The translations under genes and the position numbers were made by a program. A stretch of DNA of 64,000 nucleotides, taken from positions 12,648,001 to 12,712,000 of the forward strand of contig NC_092671.1 in NCBI RefSeq assembly GCF_964355755.1, written 5' to 3'. This DNA is from Antedon mediterranea (taxonomy: Eukaryota; Animalia; Echinodermata). Positions within the stretch are counted from its first letter, which is position 1, and every line of letters starts with the position of its first letter. Of the stretch, positions 30,401-42,400 are shown piece by piece. The notes beneath the pieces are model-generated. The model was not told the origin of the DNA, searched no databases, and was given only the letters and a program-made list of their open reading frames with translations.

Positions 30401-33400
30401 TTTTGTATTTTCTAATTATTTTATTGTTTTAGATGTCCCTGGAATCCCAGGAATACCAAGTGTCACTCGGGTCAAAGAGAAGAGCATAAGTGTTCAGTGG
30501 GGACCAGCAGACGATGGAGGCAGTAGACTTCTTGGTTATTTTGTAGAAAAGCGCGAGATGTTTGGTACAAGGTGGATACGTGTAAATCGAGAACCAGTTC
30601 TTGAGACAGAATACTGTGTTACAGGCCTAATGGAAGAGTCAGAGTACGAATTCAGAGTAATTGCTACAAACAAGGCTGGAGAAGGTAAACCAAGCCAATC
30701 TAGCATCGTGGTGAAGACTAAAGCATCATATGGTAATTGTATTACTTATTTTGATAGAAATTATAGGATTACCAATAGTTTGATGATATATAGCAATAGC
30801 AGGGCTGTCGATACGATAAACATACAATTTGATCTTCATAGAATTAATAAATAGGAGGTGGATGTCCTAAATCTATTCATATTATATTGAAAGAAAAAAA
30901 TATAAATCCGAAGGCAAATTACTGAACAAATGATGTGGGTATCAGTGGCTGGATCTCAATTGAGATACAAAAAAAGCGAAAAGCTAAATCAAAACAGCCA
31001 GAAAAATTAGCAGAGCTTTCGAGCAATACTAGCCCTTCATCAGTGCAAGTGAAGGAATTTGGAAAGAAAAAAATATATATAAATATAAAAAGAAAATTTA
31101 AAAATAAAAAACTTTGTTTGAATTGCAGGTTTACCTGGTGCACCAGGAACTCCAATGTTATCTGAAGTTTCAGCTACTTCAATGACACTTAACTGGGCTT
31201 CACCAGATTCGGATGGTGGTGCACCCATTACAAATTACGTAATTGAGAAGAAGGATGCTGTGGACACTTGGACCAGAATCAACCGATGGGATGTCTCCCT
31301 GCCCTCATTTGTTGCTAGTAGTCTGAAGCAAGATCAAGAGTATATCTTCCGTGTGTCTGCAGAAAACAAGGCTGGAGTTGGAAAACCCAGTGAACCATCA
31401 CGACCAACAATTGCTAGACCACCATACAGTGAGTTCTAGATTATATTCCAGTGTGGTATATAATTCTTTTTGAGCAGTTTTGTACATTTTTTACAATTTC
31501 ATTTTCAAATGTATATTTTTTAATAGTATTATATCAACTAATGCTAATAATTTTTAAGGTAAAGTATTTAATACTTCATTAAATGCTGTCATACAAACAA
31601 ATGTGTTAAATTAATATGCTTTCAGTTATAAAACTCATAGCTATATTACTTTGTCCAACACAGATGTTCCAGAAAGCCCAAGCGTACCAATAGTGTCAGA
31701 TATCCAAGCTACGTCTGTGACTTTGACATGGACACCACCAGCTTCAGATGGCGGAAGTCCAATTACAGGCTACATAATTGAAAAACGAGAAACCAACAAG
31801 ACTTGGGTAATGGCAACCAGAAATCTTGTTCCTGGTACAAAGTATACAGTTACTAGCCTAAGACAAAATGCAGAGTATGAATTCCGAGTTACGGCAGAGA
31901 ACAAGGCTGGTGCAGGAAAGCCAAGCCAGCCATCAGAAGCAGTGATTGTGAAACCTCCTTATTGTAAGTTGTTACTGATATTGTGTGAAATAAAGCAAAG
32001 GTGTTGAAAATAGCTTTATGAAGTTTATACAACATATTTGTGTATTCATTAGAAGGAATGATTAATTATTCTTACAGCTACCCCAAGTGCTCCAGAAACA
32101 TTAGTGTGCTCCAACATCAATGCAACCACTGTTACCGTGACATGGGAAGCACCGTCAGATGATGGTGGTTCACCAATTACTGGCTACGTTCTGGAGTACA
32201 AGCAAGACTTTGGATCTCGTTGGATTAAACATCCAAAAAGTATTACAGGAACTTCTCATAAGGTCCAGACGCTACTTGAAGGTTCAGAGTACATATTTAG
32301 GGTATCAGCTGAAAATAAGGCTGGGGTTGGAAAACCAAGTAAACAATCAAGCTCCTTCACAGCAAAACTTCCATACGGTAATTATATTTATCGCTTCAAA
32401 ATCTTCTAAAACCAAACATACTGATTTCAACCTCTCAATTCATTAGCTCACTAAAAACAAATTATCAAACAACACATTCATATATATGAGTTACTGACAA
32501 CAATCCAACATACAGTACTATTTATATAATTTCTTTATTATCTAGAACCACCAGGAACACCCAGCCCGCCACATGTCTCCAACATTACATCAAAATCCGC
32601 AATGGTAGCCTGGAATCCACCTTCAAATGATGGCGGTTCTCCTATAACTGGCTATATTATTGAAAAGAGAGATAGCTTCTCTAAACGATGGGTGAAAGCA
32701 GTGGATGTTGATAAGGATGTGACAACCAAAACAGTAAAATTAGATCCGTCATACGAATTTGAGTTTCGTGTATCTGCAGTGAATAAGGCTGGTGCTGGGA
32801 AACCAAGTTTACCATCACAGAAATTTGTTGCAAGAGAACCATATGGTAAAACTTTATTTATATTTCTTGAGATCACTAACTGTGTAGACTCTACATGAAT
32901 CTCTACATATGCCATTACCCCCAAATATGGATGCCCCTCGAAAGGACAATAGAATAGTTCAGGCACCGTAGCTTGCTGTATAAAACACACTCATTAATTT
33001 TGTTTTCAGGTTTTTGGTTCATACTTGTTTGAAATATAGAAAGTGGGAAAATTATCAAAGGATTGAGTGCAATATAAAGCAAGAACAACATTATTTTAAT
33101 TTTTTTTTAAATTAAATTTCAGATGTTCCAGATTCACCTAGCCAGCCAAAGATATCTGATGTTTCGTCAGAATCAGTAGTTCTTGAATGGACTGCTCCAA
33201 AAGATGATGGAGGAAGTCCTATTCTGGAATATGTAGTCGAAAAACACGATCTTACCACCGGACGTTTTACCAAAATACCAATAAAGACTGTACCTGTGCC
33301 AAATATGTCTGCTAAGATTACTGATTTGGTTTCTGAAAGAAAATACAACTTCCGTGTCATTGCTGTCAACAAGGCAGGAGAGAGCAAACCAAGTGATAAT

Positions 33401-36400
33401 GTTAGCTGTACTGTTAAACTTCCATATGATGTTCCATCTCAACCGGGAGTACCAGAAATTATAAAGACTGATGAGGTAGAGATGACCATAAACTGGCAGA
33501 AACCAAGGTCAGATGGTGGAAGTCCAATAACAGGGTATATGATTGAACAGAAAGACGCAGTGGCAATAAAATGGACCAAAGTTAACAGAGTTCCAATTCA
33601 GGATCTCGAATATAAAATTAAAGGATTAACTCAGGGAAATTCATATCAATTCCGTGTGACTGCTGTTAATAAGGCAGGAGAAAGTAAACCCAGTGATGGA
33701 TCAGAATCAAGAATTGCTAAACTACCATATAGTAAGAACAATGCTTTTCAATGTGCATGTTTACAGAACAAAATAGCATGCAATTATAAGGTGTAACTGT
33801 TTATTATATTTTTATTGCTTATCCATTGCTTCTCCTCTTCCTGGGACCTGTACACTATACACTATGTTGCAAAAATGTAACCTAATTTCGTTACTGCTTT
33901 CAGATCCACCTGGTAAACCAGAAGACCTTCATATAACCGAAGTCGATGCAACATCGATTTCTTTGAAATGGCAGCCTCCGGTACAAGATGGCGGTTCACC
34001 GGTCATGGGATATTACATTGAGAAGAAAGAACATTTCAGCACTCGGTGGATACGCATCAACAGAACAGCAGTCATAGATACAGCATTTGTAGCGCACGAT
34101 ATCCGTGAGGGACTAGAGTATGAATTTAGAGTGGCTGCTGTAAATAAGGCTGGTGTTGGTGAGCCTAGTGATACAACACAGCCTACTATTGCAAAACATC
34201 CATATGGTAAATTTTACATTTAATTTTGATAATAATTTATAGAGAGTACGTTGTGTGTACTTTGATTGTTTTATTAATGAATTAACCTAAATTGCTAATA
34301 TACTATATTATTTCTATGATAATTCAAACACTCATTCACAATCACATATTTGTTTACTTTAGTTGTTCCTGAAACACCTGGTACACCTATTTTGTCTAAC
34401 ATATCTCCGAAATCTATGACAGTTACTTGGACTCCACCAGTGTCAGACGGTGGTAGTCCTATAAGCGGATATATAATAGAAAAGAAAGAACCTATGCTTA
34501 GCCGTTGGACACAAGTGGAACAGTTATTGGGAACTACATGTATAGTAACTGGCCTCAATGAGGGCAGTGAATATCAATTTAGGGTGATAGCAACAAACAA
34601 AGCTGGTAAGAGTAAACCAAGCAATGCCAGTGAGTCCAAAGTAGCAAAACATCCATATGGTGAGTACATTTGTAAATAATGTATATGGAAGATTTTTCAC
34701 ATGTCATGTTTGAGAGTGTTTCAACCCATATTGTTAATAACTAAACTTATTCTTTTGCTTTACTACAGATGTCCCAGGACCGCCAGAGCGACCTGAAATA
34801 TCATCAGTGACTGAAAAATCAGTCTCATTAACTTGGAAACCACCTTCTTCAGATGGAGGCTCACCTATTACAGGATATATAATTCAAAAGAAAGATAAAC
34901 ATTCTTCACGCTGGTCCTCTGTTAATCAGGCTCCAATTACTAACAAGATGATAACAGTTGATAAGCTAACAACTGGCATGGAGTATCAGTTTAGGGTACT
35001 TGCTGAAAATAAAGCAGGACTAGGTCCAGCCAGTGATCATTCTAAAACAGCTATACCAAAACTTCCATATGGTAAGGAAAATATTATTAGTCTCTGTAAA
35101 AGAATGTTTTGGTATTTATATTATTGTACTATTTATTGGAATATTATATAGAAACAGTACACTTTCTTTGATTGTAAATGGTTCTGATAACCCTACTCTA
35201 CTACTTTTTTAAAGATCCCCCTGGTCCACCTTCTGCTCCAATACTTGATGATATTACTGAGAAGACAATGGCATTGTCATGGTCTCCACCAAGAATTGAC
35301 GGAGGTGCACGAATCACCGGATACACAGTAGAGCAATGCGAAGGCTATTCTATGAAATGGACTAAAGTGGCATCAGTGATGGATCCAAGGTGCATTGTTA
35401 CTGATCTCAAAACAGGTGGCCAGTATGAGTTTCGTGTTAGTGCAGAGAACAAAGCAGGTATTGGCCCTGCAAGTGAACCATCTGACAGAGCTACTGCAAA
35501 ATCACCATTTGGTAAATTTGTTTGTTTCGTTTTTTAATTCAAATTAATCATTAAATTCTTAAACTACTTTCAATTAATTCAAGATATCAACAATATTCCT
35601 ACAGTACTAGTCAACATTATTTTCAACATGGCTATTTCAATTTTTCAGACCTACCTGGGCAACCCGGTATGCCTGAAGTAGTCTCAGTTACACAATCAAG
35701 CATATCATTAACATGGTCAGCTCCTTCATCTGATGGTGGAAGTCCAATAATAAATTATGTTGTTGAAAAAGCCGAGAAGTTCAGTTCTAGATACACAAAG
35801 GTCAACACATCACCAGTGTCTGAATGTTCTTACAATGTAACCGACCTTGATCAGAACTCTGAGTACCAATTCCGTGTATCTGCAGAAAATAAAGAAGGTG
35901 TTGGTAGACCTAGTCATTCGACAGGATTTGTACGATTAGCGAGTATGTTTTTTTTTTTAAACTTTATTGAATAGTCTTATGTCAGGTGTGAATTATAGCA
36001 TAAGTTTTATATTATAATACCCATATAACTTTATTTTATATTATTGTTATCTTTAGTTGCACCACAACTGGATTTCAACAAATACCGTGATGTCATAATT
36101 GTGAAAGTAGGAACAACATTCCATATTGACATTCCATGGAAAGCGTACCCAACTCCGACTGTATCATGGAAGAAAGAAGGCATGTCAATTGAAAGTACAA
36201 CAAGAGTTAAAATTGACACAAGTGAGAGGAGTACTGTAGTAACTGCAAAGAACTGCGTAAAAAGTGATGAAGGTACTTACGAGCTCTCTGTAGTCAATAG
36301 TTGTGGTGAAGCTTCAGCTACAGTCAAAGTTCAAGTACAAGACAAGCCAGGACGACCTGTGGGACCTGTGCAGTTACGAGATGTCAATAGTACCGAGGTT

Positions 36401-39400
36401 ACAGTTAGCTGGAACCCTCCTGTAGATGACGGAGGATGTCGTGTTACTCATTATATAATTGAAAAACGAGACACTAAAAGAACATCTTGGTCTCGTGTAC
36501 CCTTGAAAATACCTGATTGCTCCCATCGGGTACAGAACCTATTAGAAGGAAATGAGTATATCTTTAGAATTGTGGCTGTTAACAAGATCGGTGAAAGTGA
36601 TCCACTTGAGGGTGCGCAATCAGCTGTTTTAAAGAGTAAATTTGGTAAGTTTCTATTGTGACTGCTGTAGTAACATTAAATTCATGTCAAGTCATGTAAT
36701 TTTTATGCTATTTCCTGTATTAATGCCATGCCATGGTGCATATTTTTATGAATCACGGATTTGTATTTATTATCTTTCAGACAAACCAAGTGTTGTAAAA
36801 ATACCACAAGTTTCAGACGTTACCAGTGATTCTGCAATGCTTTCCTGGTCTGCACCATCAAGCGATGGGGGTACTCCACTTACTGGATATATTGTTGAGA
36901 AGAAAGAAATTGGCAATACAATGTGGACAAAGGTAGCACATACTCAGCCAAAAGAACTAAAGTACCGGGTTAGCAGGCTAAACAAAGGATCACATTACGA
37001 ATTCCGTGTTGCCGCTGAGAACAAAGTTGGTGCCGGTCCATTTAGTCCACCAACAGATGCAGTAAAAGCAGAAGAAGCATCAGGTTAGATTTAATTTGTT
37101 AATTAAGAAAAATCACTTTTATTTTAATATAATATATTCATTGGAAAAAGCTTAATAGTATTTAAACAGATAAGTATATTTTATATATTCTTCTTTCCAG
37201 TTAAACCAACCATTGATATTAAACCTGATTCGATTTCAACCAATTCTGGAACTACTATTACTGTTCATGTTCCATTTGGGGGATATCCGACACCAAAAGT
37301 TAAATGGAGCAAAAATGGAATTGAAATTGTTCCAAGTATACGTACAAAGATTGAATCATCAAGCAATGCCACTGTGTTTACCATAAAAAACAGTGACCGA
37401 TCAGATAGTGGTGCGTATAATATAACTATCAGTAATGAACTTGGTAAGGACTCAGCAGAGTTTAATATAGAAGTCTTCAACGTTCCTGGACCACCAGAAG
37501 GTCCATTGGGTTACAGTAATGTGAACGAAAGTTGTGTTACTTTGATTTGGAAGCCTCCAAAAGATGATGGCGGTGAGAGAATTTCAACGTACATTGTTGA
37601 AAAACGTGAAGAAGGACATCACAGATTTCATCCAGTTACAAAAGACCTTATATTAAAACCATCATATCGAGTGAAAGGACTGACAGAAGATAGACGCTAT
37701 CAATTCAGAGTGTTGGCACGTAACAAGCATGGTAATAGTGAACCATTGGAGGGTGATCGCATCCGGCCTCGAGGAAATTATGGTAAGCAAAATTTACAGC
37801 TATGATGTTACACAATGATGTAATGATAACTAATCAAATTTAATATTTTATTATTAAATATTTTTTGGTTTAATTTGCAGTTGTTCCAGATGCACCCTCT
37901 ACTCCAGAAATTAGTTCTATTACATCAGAGTCAATGGCACTAAGTTGGTCTCCACCACTAAGAGATGGTGGAACACCAGTTACGAGTTACATTCTTGAAA
38001 TGCGACAGACCACAAGTTCCCGGTGGACAAGAGCATCATTATCACCTATTCAAAATACATTTTACAAAGTATCACGACTCAGTAAAGGGTCCGAGTATGA
38101 ATTTAGGGTGGTGGCTGTTAATAAAGCTGGTGAAAGTGAACCTAGTGAGCCTTCCAACTCAGTTACAGCCGAGAATCCTCCAGGTAAAATTCATTATAAA
38201 TATAGGAAGTGTATTGTTGCCACAATATTTACCATCGAAATGTGAAAGATAAATAAAATGTATATTTATGTCTTTCAGTTGCTCCAAAGTTCAAACTTGA
38301 TTTATCTGCTCATAGAGAAATAACTACACGTGCTGGAATTATGTTCCGAATAGATATACCATATGAAGGAACACCAAAACCAGTCATGAAATGGGTAAAA
38401 GATGATACTCCAATTACACCAACAACTAGAATAAGTGTTGAACAGTCGGATTACAGTGCTATTGTTGTAGCACGAAAAGCAGAACGTGCTGACAGTGGAA
38501 CCTATACAGTTACTGCTACCAATAAGGCTGGACAGGACACTGCATCAACTCTTGTAAGAGTCGTTGATAGGCCTGAACCACCTCAAGGGCCTCTTGAAGT
38601 TGTGAAGTTGGACAGTGAGAGTGTAACTTTGTCATGGAGTCTTCCCGAGGATGACGGTGGTAGCCCTATTATCTGCTACTTGTTAGAAAAACGAGATTCA
38701 TCATTGAAAATGTGGAGTAAAGTTTCAACATCACTTAGTGAATTGAAAACTACAGTACCAAAGCTTATTGAAGGAAATGAATACCAATTCAGAGTTCGCG
38801 CTGAAAACAAGTATGGAGTTAGTGAACCTCTAGAAGGCGATAAAGTCATTCCAAAAGGAGATTACAGTAAGCTTTTTTTAAATTATGAGATAATACCCCA
38901 TTTATTTGCTTCTTTGTAATATATTATGCATTTATTGCATTATTTATTTTTTTAAACTAAAAATGGTTTTTCTCATTAATGATCGTAACATATATTTTGA
39001 ACTAAATAATTCATTTTCTTCCTTAATAGGTGTTCCTGGAAAAGCAGGTACTCCAGCTATTAGTAACATACAGGAAGATTCTGCAACACTTACTTGGACT
39101 CCTCCAAGAAGCGATGGTAGAACCCCTATAACAGGTTATATTGTTGAAAAGAAGAACCAGTCAATGCAGAGTTGGGCTAAAGCTTCGATACCTCACATTA
39201 CTGAAACTACATGTAGAGTTATACGCCTGATTACGAATACAAAATATGAGTTTCGTATAATAGCTGTCAACAAAGCTGGAATGGGTGAACCGAGCGACGC
39301 CTCTTCACCAGTTATGATTGAACGACCAGCTGGTAAGTATAATAGGTGTAATAGTGAAAATCCTAATTTTAACATTTATAATATCCATTTTGTGTACTGG

Positions 39401-42400
39401 TTCTTCGATTCAGTCTAATGCCTAAATGAATTCCATTTTATTCCCAGCTGCTCCTAAACTTGATCTTGGTCAATGTAAAGATATTGTTGCACTAGCAGGA
39501 TCAGTTTTCCATCTAGACGTTTCATGTAGAGGAACACCTACACCAACCACTTCATGGTTTAAAAACAATACACCAGTTGTAGAGGACCTTAGAATCCGTA
39601 CCTCAACAACACCCTACGGGACCGTTCTGACAGTAAAGAACTGTGTACGCAATGACGGGGGAGATTACAAAATAACTGTTGAGAACAAGGCAGGAGTAGA
39701 TTCCGGTATTATCAAAGTAACTGTATTAGGTAAGCTTATTTTTTCTCCTTAATTTTCTCATCTTGTTTTACATTATCATTTCAGAATTTAACTGGATGAA
39801 TGTTTTTGCCTTTTTGTTAAAAGTGATTCAATATCTTACATAAATTTGCTTTGCAGTAGATTAACATTACTTATTCATTGGAAACTGCAATACAATTTTA
39901 GCAACATCAATATGAGCAGTAATACATTGTACAATAGGACAATCAATATTTATTCATTCTTCTTTGCACATAGTACTTGATATAGCTTCTACTGGGTATT
40001 TATGTCATGTTTTTTATTATTACAGATAAACCAGGAAAACCAGAAGGTCCATTGGGCATTACATGTACAACCAAAGATTCAGTATTACTGTCATGGAATC
40101 CTCCTCTTGATGATGGAGGAAGTGAAGTAACTAATTACATCATTGAAAAATGTGAAGCTGATAGGCTAACATGGACAAGAGTATCATCATCTGTAACAGG
40201 CTTAAAATACACTGTAACCAATCTCCCAGAGGGTCAAAGGTTCAACTTCAGAATTAGGGCACAGAATAAACATGGACAAGGAGAGCCATTGGAGTCTGAT
40301 CGGGCTATATTGATTAAGAGTCCATACGGTAAGCTAAAAATTATACATTTTTATATTTTGAGACTAATTCGGTACAATAGCTGGCAATCTAAATTATTTA
40401 TAAGTGTACATTATACAAATTAGTATCATTATATCACAATAGATGTGCCAGATCCTCCAGGAATTCCAGAAATATCGGAGATTGACGATGAGTCTGTTAC
40501 CATGTCTTGGCGCCCACCACGTAATGATGGAGGTGCCGAGATTACCAACTACATTGTTGAAATGAAGGATATTCGTGGTCAACGGTGGATGAGAGCAACT
40601 CGAAAGCTTGTTCCCGAATGCCATGCTACGATTACTGGTCTAAAGAAAGGAAGAGAGGTTGAATTCCGTGTTAGTGCACAGAATGAAGCTGGAACTAGTA
40701 AACCAAGCAGAGCATCTGACCCTGTGTTGATAAAGAAACCAATTGGTATATATACATTTAGTATTCTTTTTATAATATACTTTTTACTGTAATTATCATA
40801 GTACGTAACCCAAACAATCACATATTCTTGACAGTGTTTTTTTCTAAAATAATAGAAACTGCTGAATTCTTGGAACCACTAAAAGATATAACAGCAAAGG
40901 TTGGTGCAACTGTCACATTTGAGTGCAGAATTTCTAACGATAGAGCTGAAGTGTCTTGGTATCGAGATGGTTTACAAATTTTCTCTGGAGACAACCTTAA
41001 CATTGCGAAAGAAGGACAACGTCGAGCATTGATGATATTTAACGTAGGACCTCATGATATAAGAAAGTATAGCTGCATATGTCATGACAGAAAAACAGAA
41101 GCTAATCTCATGGTTTCAGGTATGGCTTTGACTTTTTTAAGACTATGAATTTAATTAATTTGGTAGGTGTTACTAACAACACATTGTATAATTAATGCAC
41201 TAATAACACATTGCATATTGTTTTTAGCTGCCCCTGAAATTGATCTTGGAGGTTACAAAGATGTTGTGACAGTTCGAAATGGAGGGGTTCTACGATTGAA
41301 TGTACCAATTACTGGCTGCCCAGCACCAGTAGCTGCCTGGCATCGCCATGACCTGCTCGTTAAAGATGATATGATGACTAAAATTGACAGCTCTGAGAAT
41401 AGAACGCAACTAACAATCCGAAATGTTAAGAGGTCTGATGCAGGAATATACACAGTATCTGTCTCCAACCAGGCAGGGAAGAAAACAGGCAATATCACTG
41501 TACTTGTACTTGGTAAGTTTAATATTATTGAATTATATGAGTATTCTGATCTTCCTATTGTACATCATGTTTGAACAAAGTACCATGTGTACAGTACCTC
41601 TCACAAAATATTGAAATATTATTTGATATGATAGATGTTCCAGGATCACCAGAGGGACCACTGAATGTCTCTGATGTTGGACAGTTCTCAGCTGCATTGT
41701 CATGGAAAAGACCACTCGATGATGGTTGCTGTAAAATTGAATGTTATACAATCGAGAAACGTGAGGTTGGTCGAAAAATGTGGATCACTGTAACCAGTTA
41801 CTGCACCAATACATCATACACTGTGACAGGTCTCCAAGAAGGTGTTGAATATGAGTTCAAAGTTTGTGCGGAAAACCAAAATGGTGTAGGACAAGCACTG
41901 TTTGGAGACAAAACAGTTACTTGTACCAGACCCCATAGTAAGTAGGCCTATAAAACAATAAAGTTATTTTGCCTCATGCAACAATGTGTTGATTTTGGAT
42001 TATTGGTTTAGTATTGATTCATTTTCTGGTATAATAAATAGAAACTGTATAATTAACTTTGTAAATGTTATGATTTTTTGTAGCCGTTCCAAGCGCCCCT
42101 GGTAGGCCTGAAGTCCATAACATAACAAGCACCAGTATGACACTCACGTGGTCAGCACCTCGGTATGATGGTGGACTGCCACTACTTGGATATACAGTTG
42201 AAAAACGAGATACATCTACTATTCATTGGCTGAAAGTCAATCCGGAGCCAGTACTGAATACGTCATACATCGTAAAGAACCTTGATACAAACCATGAGTA
42301 TGAATTCCGTGTATCTGCGGTTAATAAAGAAGGCACTGGAAAACCAAGTGAGAGTTCAATGCCTCCACGATTTGCCAAGGATCCTTCTTGTAAGTATTAT

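Noticed and set aside
30919-31165. ORFs 30935-31165 (+) and 30919-31155 (-)
   Set aside because: Chance frames across the intronic repeat fragment
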